DNA of 54,311 nt from an uncultured Gemmatimonadaceae bacterium (GTDB lineage Bacteria > Gemmatimonadota > Gemmatimonadetes > Longimicrobiales > RSA9), in contig CAYLME010000001.1 in NCBI GenBank assembly GCA_964384585.1, forward strand, positions 1-54,311, read 5' to 3'. The notes under the pieces were generated by a model, which was not told the origin of the DNA, did no database searches, and was given only the letters and a program-made list of their open reading frames with translations. This document shows, one piece after another, positions 26,633 to 34,996 of the stretch (the stretch's first letter is position 1; the number at the start of each line of letters is the position of its first letter). A program made the translations under genes and the position numbers.

Positions 26633-27536
26633 TCGCCAGCTCCGCCTCCGCCGCGATGAAGCCGAACGCGGCCCAGTTCGGCCCGGTCACGATACGCTCG
26701 AAGATCTCGCGCGCACGCTCTTCCTGCCCGTTGTAGAGATACCAGTTCGCGACGCCGTAGCCGTAGGTCGCGAGCTGCACCGCGTCATCGGTGTCCGCCG
26801 CCAGCAGGTCATCGGGCGCGGCCAGCCCCTTGTACATGAGCAGCCGACGGTGGTACGCGTCGTTCTCGAGTATGCGCATGTCCGGCGTGATGCGGTCGAG
26901 CACGGCTGCAGCCTCCGCGTCGCGACCGAGTCGCCGCAGAGTCATGTACAGCCAGTCCGCGCTCGCAACGAGCATGTCGTCATTCGTCGAAACCGCGACC
27001 GCCTGCTGCCAGGCCGGCAGCGCGCTCTCGAAGTCGTGTTTCAGGTAGTGTGCGAGAGCCAGGTGGTACCAGACGTTCGACTGCAGCGTGCTCGTCGGGA
27101 TGTTGTAGCGGTTGGGTGCACCGTCGGGCTCCACCTCGTCAGGCTGCCCGCGCGTCAGCTCCGCGGCCCGGGCCAGGTCGCTGATCGCGGCATCGAGGCG
27201 GCGCACGGTGATGTAGCGGTGGCCCCGATGACGATACATGCGCGCGTCGTCGGGGTGCAGCGCCACGCCACGGGAGAAGACGTCGATTGCGTCACGGTAG
27301 CGGCCGAGGTACGCGAGGCGGCGACCGAGCCAGATGATCGAATCGGCGTCCTCCGGTGCCGCGTCGTATGCCGCCTGCGCGTGCGCGAGGTCCGCCTCGA
27401 GCCGCGCGCGCGTGTCCGGTGCGAGCGCCGGCGCATGCAGATCGAGACCAGTCAGCGAACGGGCCTCCGGTTCCTGCGCGGGCACGGCGCAGGCACCGAG
27501 CGTAACCGCGCCTGCCACTGCCAGCCATCGCATCAT
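26619..27536 (-). CDS. TPR-repeat lipoprotein
   Basis: MMRWLAVAGAVTLGAC contains a lipobox. TPR-like helical repeats are present (WLGRRLAYLGRYRDAIDVFSRGVALHPDD..., WYHLALAHYLKHDFESALPAWQQAV). The stop overlaps the start of the GT4 gene by 14 nt. The 460-aa track ORF is over-extended. Confidence 0.7.
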   Translation of the reverse strand: MMRWLAVAGAVTLGACAVPAQEPEARSLTGLDLHAPALAPDTRARLEADLAHAQAAYDAAPEDADSIIWLGRRLAYLGRYRDAIDVFSRGVALHPDDARMYRHRGHRYITVRRLDAAISDLARAAELTRGQPDEVEPDGAPNRYNIPTSTLQSNVWYHLALAHYLKHDFESALPAWQQAVAVSTNDDMLVASADWLYMTLRRLGRDAEAAAVLDRITPDMRILENDAYHRRLLMYKGLAAPDDLLAADTDDAVQLATYGYGVANWYLYNGQEERAREIFERIVTGPNWAAFGFIAAEAELASADR

Positions 27537-27681
27537 GGGCGTGCTCCGGGAAAGGTGAACGTGCGCTGATGTTCGCCCGCGGCGTGCTGCTGAGGCAAGA
27601 TCAGGTCCGCCGCCGGTGCGGCTCCCTCGTGCGCGCTTCTTGCGACCGCTGCACGCGACTGCTGCACGCGACCGAGGTGAC

Positions 27682-28983
27682 ATGGCGACACGGAAGAAGG
27701 TCCCACGCACGAAGGCGTCAGGGCGCAGGCGGCAGGACCGCCCGGACGGTAAGGCACGCAGCCAGCTTGCCGAATACCGGCGCAGGCGCGACTTCAGCGC
27801 GACGCCGGAGCCGAGTGACGCCGCCGTGGCGGGACGCGCGGAGCCGGCGGCCGGTGCGCGAGGCCACCTGCGGTTCGTCGTCCAGAAGCACGCGGCCACG
27901 AGCCTGCACTTCGACCTGCGTCTCGAGCTGGACGGCGTCATGAAGAGCTGGGCCGTGCCGAAGGGACCGAGCCTGGATCCCGCCACCAAGCGGCTCGCCA
28001 TGCAGGTCGAAGATCATCCGATCGCGTACAACACGTTCGAAGGCATCATCCCGGAACACGAGTATGGCGGCGGCACGGTCATGCTGTGGGACCGCGGCAC
28101 ATACTTCCCCGACGAGGCGGGCGAGAGCGATCACGAGGTGGTGCTGCGCCGGGAGATGAAGCAGGGCAAGCTGAGCATCACCTTCGAGGGCGAGCGGCTG
28201 CGCGGCTCGTTCGCACTGGTGCGTACCGATAGCGGCGCAAAGCCGAAGTGGCTGCTGATCAAACACCGCGACGCGACGGCTCGGCGCGGGTACGACATCA
28301 CGGCCGATATCGATACGTCCATCGAGACCGGACGCACGATGGACGAGATCGCGCGCGGCGACTCTGAAGTCTGGCACTCGAACCGCAAGGCGCCCGCCGC
28401 CGGCAGGACCGGACGCCGCACCGGGCGCGGCGCTCCATCCGCCGGCCCCGCCAGTCTGGCGGACCTCGCGATCCGGCCGATGCGGCCGTCTCCGCGCAAG
28501 CGACTCTCTGCACGCGCGAGCTGGTCGTTCGAGCCCGCACCTGACGGCACCCGTGCACTTGCGTATGTCACGCCTGATGCCGCGACACTCGTGGACGAAA
28601 GTGGTCGTCAGCGCGGTGGCTGGCCGCAGGTCACGGATTCTTTGCAGGCACTCGCGAAGCGGGCGCGCACGTCGTTCGTGCTGGACGGTGCGATCGTGGC
28701 GGATGAAGACGGCGCGACCTACATGGTGTGGGACCTGCTCCTGGACGCCGGCGAAGCGCTGCTCGACCGTCCCTGGCGCGAGCGGCGCGCAGCGCTCGCG
28801 TCGCTCTTCGAGCGACGTCGTCTGCAGCACGTCGTTTTGCTGGAAGTGAATGACGATCTCGCGAGCGCACGGGAGCTCGCGCGCGAGCGCGGCTGGGAAG
28901 CGGTGCGTGCGCGTTCCGCGGACGGTCGCTACCTGCCCGGAAAGATGTCCAGCGACTGGCTGGAGCAGCCGCTTCAGGGTTGA
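27682..28983 (+). CDS. LigD-type 3'-phosphoesterase (PE) domain fused to a degenerate ATP-dependent ligase nucleotidyltransferase-like domain
   Basis: The PE domain reads LAEYRRRRDFSATPEP, FVVQKHAATSLHFDLRLE, WAVPKGPS, VEDHPIAY, GGGTVMLWDRGTY and KWLLIKHRD. The C-terminal 150 aa align to LigD ligase motifs I-V, but with catalytic substitutions: FEPAPDG where xKxDG is expected, FVLDGAIV where LDGE is expected, EAVRAR where EGxxAK is expected, and DWLEQP where WxKxK is expected. The protein ends at motif V. Confidence 0.75.
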   Translation: MATRKKVPRTKASGRRRQDRPDGKARSQLAEYRRRRDFSATPEPSDAAVAGRAEPAAGARGHLRFVVQKHAATSLHFDLRLELDGVMKSWAVPKGPSLDPATKRLAMQVEDHPIAYNTFEGIIPEHEYGGGTVMLWDRGTYFPDEAGESDHEVVLRREMKQGKLSITFEGERLRGSFALVRTDSGAKPKWLLIKHRDATARRGYDITADIDTSIETGRTMDEIARGDSEVWHSNRKAPAAGRTGRRTGRGAPSAGPASLADLAIRPMRPSPRKRLSARASWSFEPAPDGTRALAYVTPDAATLVDESGRQRGGWPQVTDSLQALAKRARTSFVLDGAIVADEDGATYMVWDLLLDAGEALLDRPWRERRAALASLFERRRLQHVVLLEVNDDLASARELARERGWEAVRARSADGRYLPGKMSSDWLEQPLQG

Positions 28984-29014
28984 CGGCAGGTACTGCAGCA
29001 CTGTTCTTTCGAGC

Positions 29015-29650
29015 ATGCCCCCACGCGACAACCCGGAGATCAGCCGCCACGGTGCGGACGCGCGCGTGCAGCGCATCGGGATGATCGCGGTCGCGCTCTT
29101 CGCCGCGTGGTACGTCGGCCGGCCGGTCTTGAACCCGTTCCACTACGTGTTCCTGCGCGATGTCATCCTCGCGACGCACGAAGCCGGGCACGTCATCTTC
29201 ATGCCGTTCGGCGAGTACGTCATGGTGCTCGGCGGCACACTGTTCCAGGTGCTCCTGCCGATCGTATTCATTGGGTATTTCTGGCGGCGGAACGACCGGT
29301 ATGCCGCGTTCATCATCTCGCTGTGGCTGGCCTTCGCGCTGACCGACGCCGCCGTCTACATCGGCGACGCGCGCACGCGCCAGCTGCCGCTGCTCGGCGG
29401 TGACCCGGCCGGCCACGACTGGACGTTCCTGCTGGTGCAGACCGGCCTGCTGGAGCATGATCGCACGATCGCGCGGGCGGTGCATGGGCTGGGGTTGCTC
29501 GTCTTCGGGTTTGCCGTGGCGGGTGCGCTGTATGCCGCATGGCGGCACGGCGCGCCTGATGCTGCACCGGATGCGGATGGAACACTGAGCGCGAGTGGCG
29601 CGGACGCCGCCAGTCCGGCCGTTACTGCCAGTCGCTGGACGGAGGGGTGA
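29015..29650 (+). CDS. polytopic membrane protein with an HExxH motif (putative intramembrane metalloprotease-like)
   Basis: The ATG is at 29015. There are 5-6 hydrophobic segments, and ILATHEAGHVIFMPFG contains H-E-A-G-H at the start of a TM segment. I recognise no family. Confidence 0.5.
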   Translation: MPPRDNPEISRHGADARVQRIGMIAVALFAAWYVGRPVLNPFHYVFLRDVILATHEAGHVIFMPFGEYVMVLGGTLFQVLLPIVFIGYFWRRNDRYAAFIISLWLAFALTDAAVYIGDARTRQLPLLGGDPAGHDWTFLLVQTGLLEHDRTIARAVHGLGLLVFGFAVAGALYAAWRHGAPDAAPDADGTLSASGADAASPAVTASRWTEG

Positions 29651-31886
29651 GCGCGGCCACCGGCTCCTGCAGCATGCGTGTGGCGGTCTCCGCGTCCAGT
29701 GCGGGCGCGAACAGCCAGCCCTGGCCGATCCGGCACCCCAGCTCGCAGAGGATCTGCCGCTGTGCTTCGGTCTCCACGCCTTCCGCGATCGTGTCCAGCC
29801 CGAGCGTAGCTGCGAGCGACAGGATCGCACGCACGAGTTCGGCTTCGCTGCCACCACTCGCCAGACCGGTCATGAAGTGGCGTGAGATCTTGAGCGAACC
29901 GACGGGCAGCCGCTGCAGGTAGGCCAGCGACGAGTAGCCGGTACCGAAATCATCGATCCAGACGGACACACCATGCGCGCGCAGGCGATCGAGCACGCGT
30001 GCCGCGGCGGCGGAGTCCTCCATCATCGCCGTCTCGGTCAGCTCCAGCTTGAGCGAGCTGTGCGGGACCTGACGTTCGCGCAGCACCGCGATGACCTCAT
30101 CGGCGAAGCGCTCGTCGAGGAACTGCTTGCCGGAAACATTCACGCTCAGCACGAACGGCTGCCCCTCGGGCAGAATCGTATTCCAGCGCTGCAGCAGCGT
30201 GCACGACTCGTCGAGCACCCAGCGGCCGATGTCGGAGATCAGGCCGGTCTCCTCGGCGAGGGGCACGAAGACGTCCGGCATGAGCAGGCCGCGCTCCGGG
30301 TGCGCCCAGCGCACGAGTGCCTCGAACCCGATCAGCTCACCCGTTTCCAGACGCACGAGCGGCTGGTAGTGCGTGACGAACTCGTGACGCTCGATCGCCT
30401 GGCGAATGTCGCTCTCCAGCTCGAGCTGGAAGACCGCGTCCCGGTGCATCGCTTCATCGAACAACGCGTAGCGCGAACGCTGCCGCTTCGCCCGGTACAT
30501 CGCCGTGTCCGCATCGCGCAGCAGCGTGTCTGTCGCGTCGCCGGCGCCACCCAGCGCAATGCCGATGCTGGCGGATACGTACAATCGCTGCCCGCGCGTG
30601 CGGAACGGCTCGGCGAGTGCGTGCTGGATCCGGTCGGCAATGCGCACCGCGGCTTCACCGTCCCGCACGTCGTCCACCAGCACGGCGAATTCGTCGCCGC
30701 CGAGACGGGCGAGCGTGTCCTCCGGCCGGAGCAGCAGCTCGAGCCGGCGCGCCACGTCGATCAGCAGGCTGTCACCCGCCGGATGACCCAGGCTGTCGTT
30801 CACGACCTTGAAACGGTCGAGGTCGATGAAGAGTACCGCGAAACGGAAGGACGGCCGGCGATGCGCGTGGTGCAGGAACCGGTCGAGGCGCTCCAGGAAC
30901 AGCGCGCGATTCGGCAGGCCCGTGAGCGCGTCATGCAGTGCGTCATGCAGCAGCTGCTGTTCTGCGCGCTTGCGTGACGTGACATCCGCCTGTGAGCCGG
31001 TCACGCGCACGGCGCGGCCGCGCCGGTCGCGCACGACGACGCCGCGCGCCACCATGTTGCGCCACGTCCCGTCTGCGTGGCGCATGCGATACTCGACCTC
31101 GAACTTGGCGCCGCTCGCGAGAAGCGCCTCGATCGCGGCATCGACCGCGCCACGATCCTCGGGGTGTACGCGCTCCAGCCAGGCATCGAGTGAGCGTCCG
31201 ATCTCGTGCGGCGCGCACCCGAGCATCGACTTCCAGCGCGACGAGTAGAAGACCACGCCACGCACGACGTTCCAGTCCCACAGCCCGTCGTTCGTGCCCC
31301 ACGCCGCCAGCGCGAAGCGCTCGCGACTCGCCACCAGGCGTTCCTCGACACGCATGCGTGTGCCGAACCCGATGAACGAAAACAGCGCGAGGCTGGCGGC
31401 AGCGGCCAGGTAGAGCGAAAGCTCGATCCGCGGCTCCTGCACCAGCAGCATCACCGCGATGAGGCCGGCGGCGCTGGTGGAGCCATACCAGACGAGCATC
31501 CGCCGCTCGGCGACGGCGGCACTGAAACCCGCGACGAACACCATCAGCGTGAGTGCGTACTGCCATGCGAACTCGTTCAACAGGACGAGCAGCAGCAGCC
31601 ACGCCGTCACTGAGAGATATGCCGCCATCACGACGCGGCGCAGCCTGGTCGTTCGCAGCCGGCACGCCAACGCGAATGCGACCAGGCAGGCGGCAGCTGC
31701 GGCGATCCGGAGCAGCCAGGGGTCGTGCGCCAGCGGGTACGTCGCCACGTACAGCGGGCGCAGCACGAGCACGAGCAGCGCCGTAGCCGCCATCAGTATG
31801 CGGTACGTGCGGATCTCGAAGCTGGACAGCCGGTGAAGGCTCTCCGATGTCGGCAGGTTCGGCGCCGTGGGATTCACGCTCTTCAT
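29622..31886 (-). CDS. membrane sensor / PAS / GGDEF / EAL protein (c-di-GMP turnover)
   Basis: The N-terminus is multi-TM, followed by a PAS region (NDGLWDWNV...YRMRHADGTWR). The GGDEF site is intact (RLGGDEFAVLV), and EAL motifs are present (FEALVRW, DDFGTGYSSL, KISRHF). Confidence 0.85.
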   Translation of the reverse strand: MKSVNPTAPNLPTSESLHRLSSFEIRTYRILMAATALLVLVLRPLYVATYPLAHDPWLLRIAAAAACLVAFALACRLRTTRLRRVVMAAYLSVTAWLLLLVLLNEFAWQYALTLMVFVAGFSAAVAERRMLVWYGSTSAAGLIAVMLLVQEPRIELSLYLAAAASLALFSFIGFGTRMRVEERLVASRERFALAAWGTNDGLWDWNVVRGVVFYSSRWKSMLGCAPHEIGRSLDAWLERVHPEDRGAVDAAIEALLASGAKFEVEYRMRHADGTWRNMVARGVVVRDRRGRAVRVTGSQADVTSRKRAEQQLLHDALHDALTGLPNRALFLERLDRFLHHAHRRPSFRFAVLFIDLDRFKVVNDSLGHPAGDSLLIDVARRLELLLRPEDTLARLGGDEFAVLVDDVRDGEAAVRIADRIQHALAEPFRTRGQRLYVSASIGIALGGAGDATDTLLRDADTAMYRAKRQRSRYALFDEAMHRDAVFQLELESDIRQAIERHEFVTHYQPLVRLETGELIGFEALVRWAHPERGLLMPDVFVPLAEETGLISDIGRWVLDESCTLLQRWNTILPEGQPFVLSVNVSGKQFLDERFADEVIAVLRERQVPHSSLKLELTETAMMEDSAAAARVLDRLRAHGVSVWIDDFGTGYSSLAYLQRLPVGSLKISRHFMTGLASGGSEAELVRAILSLAATLGLDTIAEGVETEAQRQILCELGCRIGQGWLFAPALDAETATRMLQEPVAALTPPSSDWQ

Positions 31887-32059
31887 GGAACAGGATCGGG
31901 AGCCGGCCGCGTCGAATCAGGCAGGCGGCAGGCCCGGAGAGAGGAGGAAAACTACGTCTTTCCTGCTTGCGCTTGCAACGGTCATGTTCATGGCGCCAGC
32001 GCCACACCCGGGCATAGCTTGGTCCCGGAACATCGGTTACACCCACAGACGGAGGTCCC

Positions 32060-32539
32060 GTGAAGCTTCGATCGATTGCTCTCCTCGGCGTTGTCCTGGC
32101 CGCATGCGGCGATCAGGGCGAGAGGCCCGCGACCGATGAAGACCCGCAGATGACAGAAGTGGCGACGTCCTACGCGAGCGAGCTGGGCGTCGATATCGAC
32201 GCGATGCAGCGCACCAGCAGCGGTCTCTACATCCTGGATGTACAGCAGGGGTCGGGTGATGCCGTGCAGACCGGCAACACGGCCGTCGTGCATTACACGG
32301 GCTATCTGCCCGATGGAACCGAGTTCGACTCGAGCCGTGATCGCGAGCCGTTCGAGGTGAATGTCGGCGCGGGACGCGTGATCGACGGGTGGGAAGAGGG
32401 ACTGGTCGGCATGCAGCCCGGCGGACAGCGGCGTCTGGTCATTCCGTCGCACCTTGCGTACGGGCCGCGCGGTGCCGGCGGTGTCATCCCGCCGAACGCG
32501 ACGCTCGTCTTCGATATCGAGCTTCTCGAAGTTCGCTGA
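32060..32539 (+). CDS. FKBP-type peptidyl-prolyl cis-trans isomerase lipoprotein
   Basis: The GTG start follows a GGAGG, and the lipobox is VLAAC. The FKBP domain reads VHYTGYLPDGTEFDSSRDR...PFEVNVGAGRVIDGWEEGL...LVIPSHLAYGPRGAGGVIPPNATLVFDIELLEV. Confidence 0.9.
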   Translation: MKLRSIALLGVVLAACGDQGERPATDEDPQMTEVATSYASELGVDIDAMQRTSSGLYILDVQQGSGDAVQTGNTAVVHYTGYLPDGTEFDSSRDREPFEVNVGAGRVIDGWEEGLVGMQPGGQRRLVIPSHLAYGPRGAGGVIPPNATLVFDIELLEVR

Positions 32540-32624
32540 GCGCGCAGGGGCTGACCGTCTGCTAGCGTGTCGTCACGGCGCGGGCGTGTCACCTGCGCAT
32601 CACCTTGTTCGAGGAAACGCTGCC

Positions 32625-33119
32625 ATGACAATCATCCGGCGAGCCCTGCCAGCCGCACTGCTCCTGCTGCTCGGACTGGCCGTACCCGCGAGAGCGCAGA
32701 ACGCCGGCGAGGAGCAGGCGGTGCGCGATGTAATCGATGCGCTTTTCGAGGCGATGGCCGCCCGCGACACTGCGGCAATGCGCGCCGTGTTCGCGGACGA
32801 TGCGCGCTTCGCGGGCGTGGACCGTGACGGCAACCTGCGTTTCACGACGCCCTCGGAGTTCCTTGCGGGAATCGGCGGTGCCCCGGCGGGTAGCGCCCTG
32901 AACGAGACGCTCTACGATGTGGAGATCCGCATCGACGGCCCACTCGCGCAGGTCTGGACGTACTACACGTTCCATCTCGGCGATCAGTTCAGCCACTGCG
33001 GCTACGACGGGTTCCAGATGCTGAAACTGCAGGGCACCTGGAAGATCGTGCACCTCGCCGACACGCGCAGGCGCGAGGGGTGCACGCACCAGGAATGGAA
33101 GGGCACGGCGGGTTCGTAA
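32625..33119 (+). CDS. secreted NTF2/SnoaL-like (DUF4440-type) protein
   Basis: The signal peptide is MTIIRRALPAALLLLLGLAVPARAQ. EQAVRDVIDALFEAMAARDTAAMRAVFADDARF fits a typical SnoaL-like first helix and strand pattern. Confidence 0.5.
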   Translation: MTIIRRALPAALLLLLGLAVPARAQNAGEEQAVRDVIDALFEAMAARDTAAMRAVFADDARFAGVDRDGNLRFTTPSEFLAGIGGAPAGSALNETLYDVEIRIDGPLAQVWTYYTFHLGDQFSHCGYDGFQMLKLQGTWKIVHLADTRRREGCTHQEWKGTAGS

Positions 33120-33230
33120 GCGCTGCGAATGGACGCGCGGTCGCTGGTGGTGAACGCTGCCAGCGCCCGCGCGGCCGCTGCTGGTTCGTGATCGCTGCGA
33201 GCGGCGGAACGGCCGCCGCAGCGTCGCCTC

Positions 33231-33719
33231 TCAGAACAGCAGGGCCCAGCCGCCGAGCACGAGGATGGTCACACCGGCCGCGGTCTTTGCAACGGCGGAC
33301 CATACGCGTCCGAGCATCACGCCCCAGCCCACACGCGTTGCGGCGCCGAGTGTACGCGCTTCCGCGACCGTCACGATCATCGCGCCCACGAAGGACCCGA
33401 TGATGCCGGCAATGATGGATCCGATGATCGGCACGGGTATGCCCACGAACGTGCCGATCAGTCCACCCGCGAGTGCACCCCAGAACGCCTTGTTGGACCC
33501 GCCGTATCGCAGGTTGTAGCGCTTCACGATCCAGAACTCGATCAACTCACCGGCCAGCGCGATGACGAGTGTTGCGAGCAGCACCGCGACGCCGATTTCA
33601 CCGTAGAACGTGCCCATGGCGACGACGATGATCATGATCCAGTTGCCGGGCAGGCCGAGCGGCGTCAGGAACAGCGAGCCGAACATCACGGCGACGCCGA
33701 TGAGACCCCAGGGGTTCAT
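33231..33719 (-). CDS. DUF456-family membrane protein
   Basis: The sequence reads MNPWGLIGVAVMFGSLFLTPLGLPGNWIMI...GELIEFWIVKRYNLRYGGSNKAFWGALAGGLIG. The ATG overlaps the ndh stop (ATGA). Confidence 0.6.
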   Translation of the reverse strand: MNPWGLIGVAVMFGSLFLTPLGLPGNWIMIIVVAMGTFYGEIGVAVLLATLVIALAGELIEFWIVKRYNLRYGGSNKAFWGALAGGLIGTFVGIPVPIIGSIIAGIIGSFVGAMIVTVAEARTLGAATRVGWGVMLGRVWSAVAKTAAGVTILVLGGWALLF

Positions 33720-34993
33720 GTGCTCTCCCGCGCGTGCTCGAGTTCGATCTCCGGACTGCCAGTGATCAGGCGGATCCCGCGCTTGAACCAGATATACGAC
33801 CACCCCCATTCGAGCATCACGACGATCCGGTTACGGAAGCCGATCAGGTAGAGGATGTGCACGAATGCCCAGACGAACCACGCGATAAAGCCGCTCAGTT
33901 TCACACCTGCGATCTCTGCGACGGCGCGCGCACGACCGATCGTGGCGAGGTTACCCTTGTCGCGATAGCGAAAGACCGGGCGTTCCCCGCCCGCCACTGC
34001 GGCGCGTATGGCGCGGGCGGCGTGTTTTCCCATCTGGATTGCCGCCGGCGCGACGCCGGGCACGAGCCGGCCGTCCTGCTCGAAACTGGCGATGTCCCCC
34101 AGCGCGAAGATCTCCGGACGACCCGGCACGCTGCAGTCCTGCCCGACGATCACGCGACCCGCGCGATCCAGCGGCACATCCAGCTCTGCACCCAGCGGTG
34201 ACGCAGCGACTCCCGCCGCCCAGAACACGTTGGCGGCCGGGATCTCCTCCTCACCGATCACGACTGACTCGTTCGTGATCCCGGTGACGAGGGCGCCCGT
34301 GCGCACTTCGACGCCGAGCGCCTCGAGCTGGCGTTGCGCGCGCGCGGACGATTCGTCGGTGTACGTGGGCAGTACGCGCGGTCCGCCCTCCAGCAGGACG
34401 ATGCGTGCGGTCTTCGTGTCGATCGAACGGAACTCGCGCGGCATGACCTGGCGCGCGATCTCCGCCATGGCGCCGGCCAGCTCGACACCTGTCGGCCCGG
34501 CGCCGACGATCGCGAATGTGAGCAATCGCTTGCGCGCCGCCGGATCACCCTCGCGTTCGGCAGCTTCGAACGCGACGAGGAAGCGACGCCGGATCTCAGT
34601 CGCGTCATCAACGGTCTTGAGACCCGGTGCACGCTCGGCCCACTCGTCGTTGCCGAAGTACGCATGCGTGGCGCCGGTCGCGAGCACGAGGTAGTCGTAG
34701 TGCAACGCACCCCCCTCCCGCAGCGTGACCGTGCGCGTGTCGGGATCGATACCGTTGGCGTGGCCGAGCCAGACCTGCGTGTTCGTGCTGCCTCGCAGCA
34801 CGTAGCGCAGCGGCATCGCGATGTCAGCGGGTGACAGCGACGCGGTTGCGACCTGGTAGAGCAGCGGCTGGAAGAGATGGAAGTTGCGCGCATCGACGAG
34901 CGTGATGCGCACCGGCGCACGGGCGAGGCCGCGCGCGCAGTACAATCCCGCGAAGCCACCGCCAATGATCACGACATGCGGCAGGGTGTTCAT
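33716..34993 (-). CDS. ndh: type II NADH:quinone oxidoreductase (NDH-2)
   Basis: Two dinucleotide-binding motifs are present (VVIIGGGFAGLYCARGL and FAIVGAGPTGVELAG), and the C-terminus is membrane-associated. Confidence 0.8.
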   Translation of the reverse strand: MNTLPHVVIIGGGFAGLYCARGLARAPVRITLVDARNFHLFQPLLYQVATASLSPADIAMPLRYVLRGSTNTQVWLGHANGIDPDTRTVTLREGGALHYDYLVLATGATHAYFGNDEWAERAPGLKTVDDATEIRRRFLVAFEAAEREGDPAARKRLLTFAIVGAGPTGVELAGAMAEIARQVMPREFRSIDTKTARIVLLEGGPRVLPTYTDESSARAQRQLEALGVEVRTGALVTGITNESVVIGEEEIPAANVFWAAGVAASPLGAELDVPLDRAGRVIVGQDCSVPGRPEIFALGDIASFEQDGRLVPGVAPAAIQMGKHAARAIRAAVAGGERPVFRYRDKGNLATIGRARAVAEIAGVKLSGFIAWFVWAFVHILYLIGFRNRIVVMLEWGWSYIWFKRGIRLITGSPEIELEHAREST

Positions 34994-34996
34994 CCC

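Noticed and set aside
28513-28983. Reading the C-terminal part of the PE protein as a functional minimal DNA ligase
   Set aside because: The motif I lysine and the acidic/lysine residues of motifs III-V are all substituted, and the OB domain is absent. I therefore do not call it a ligase.
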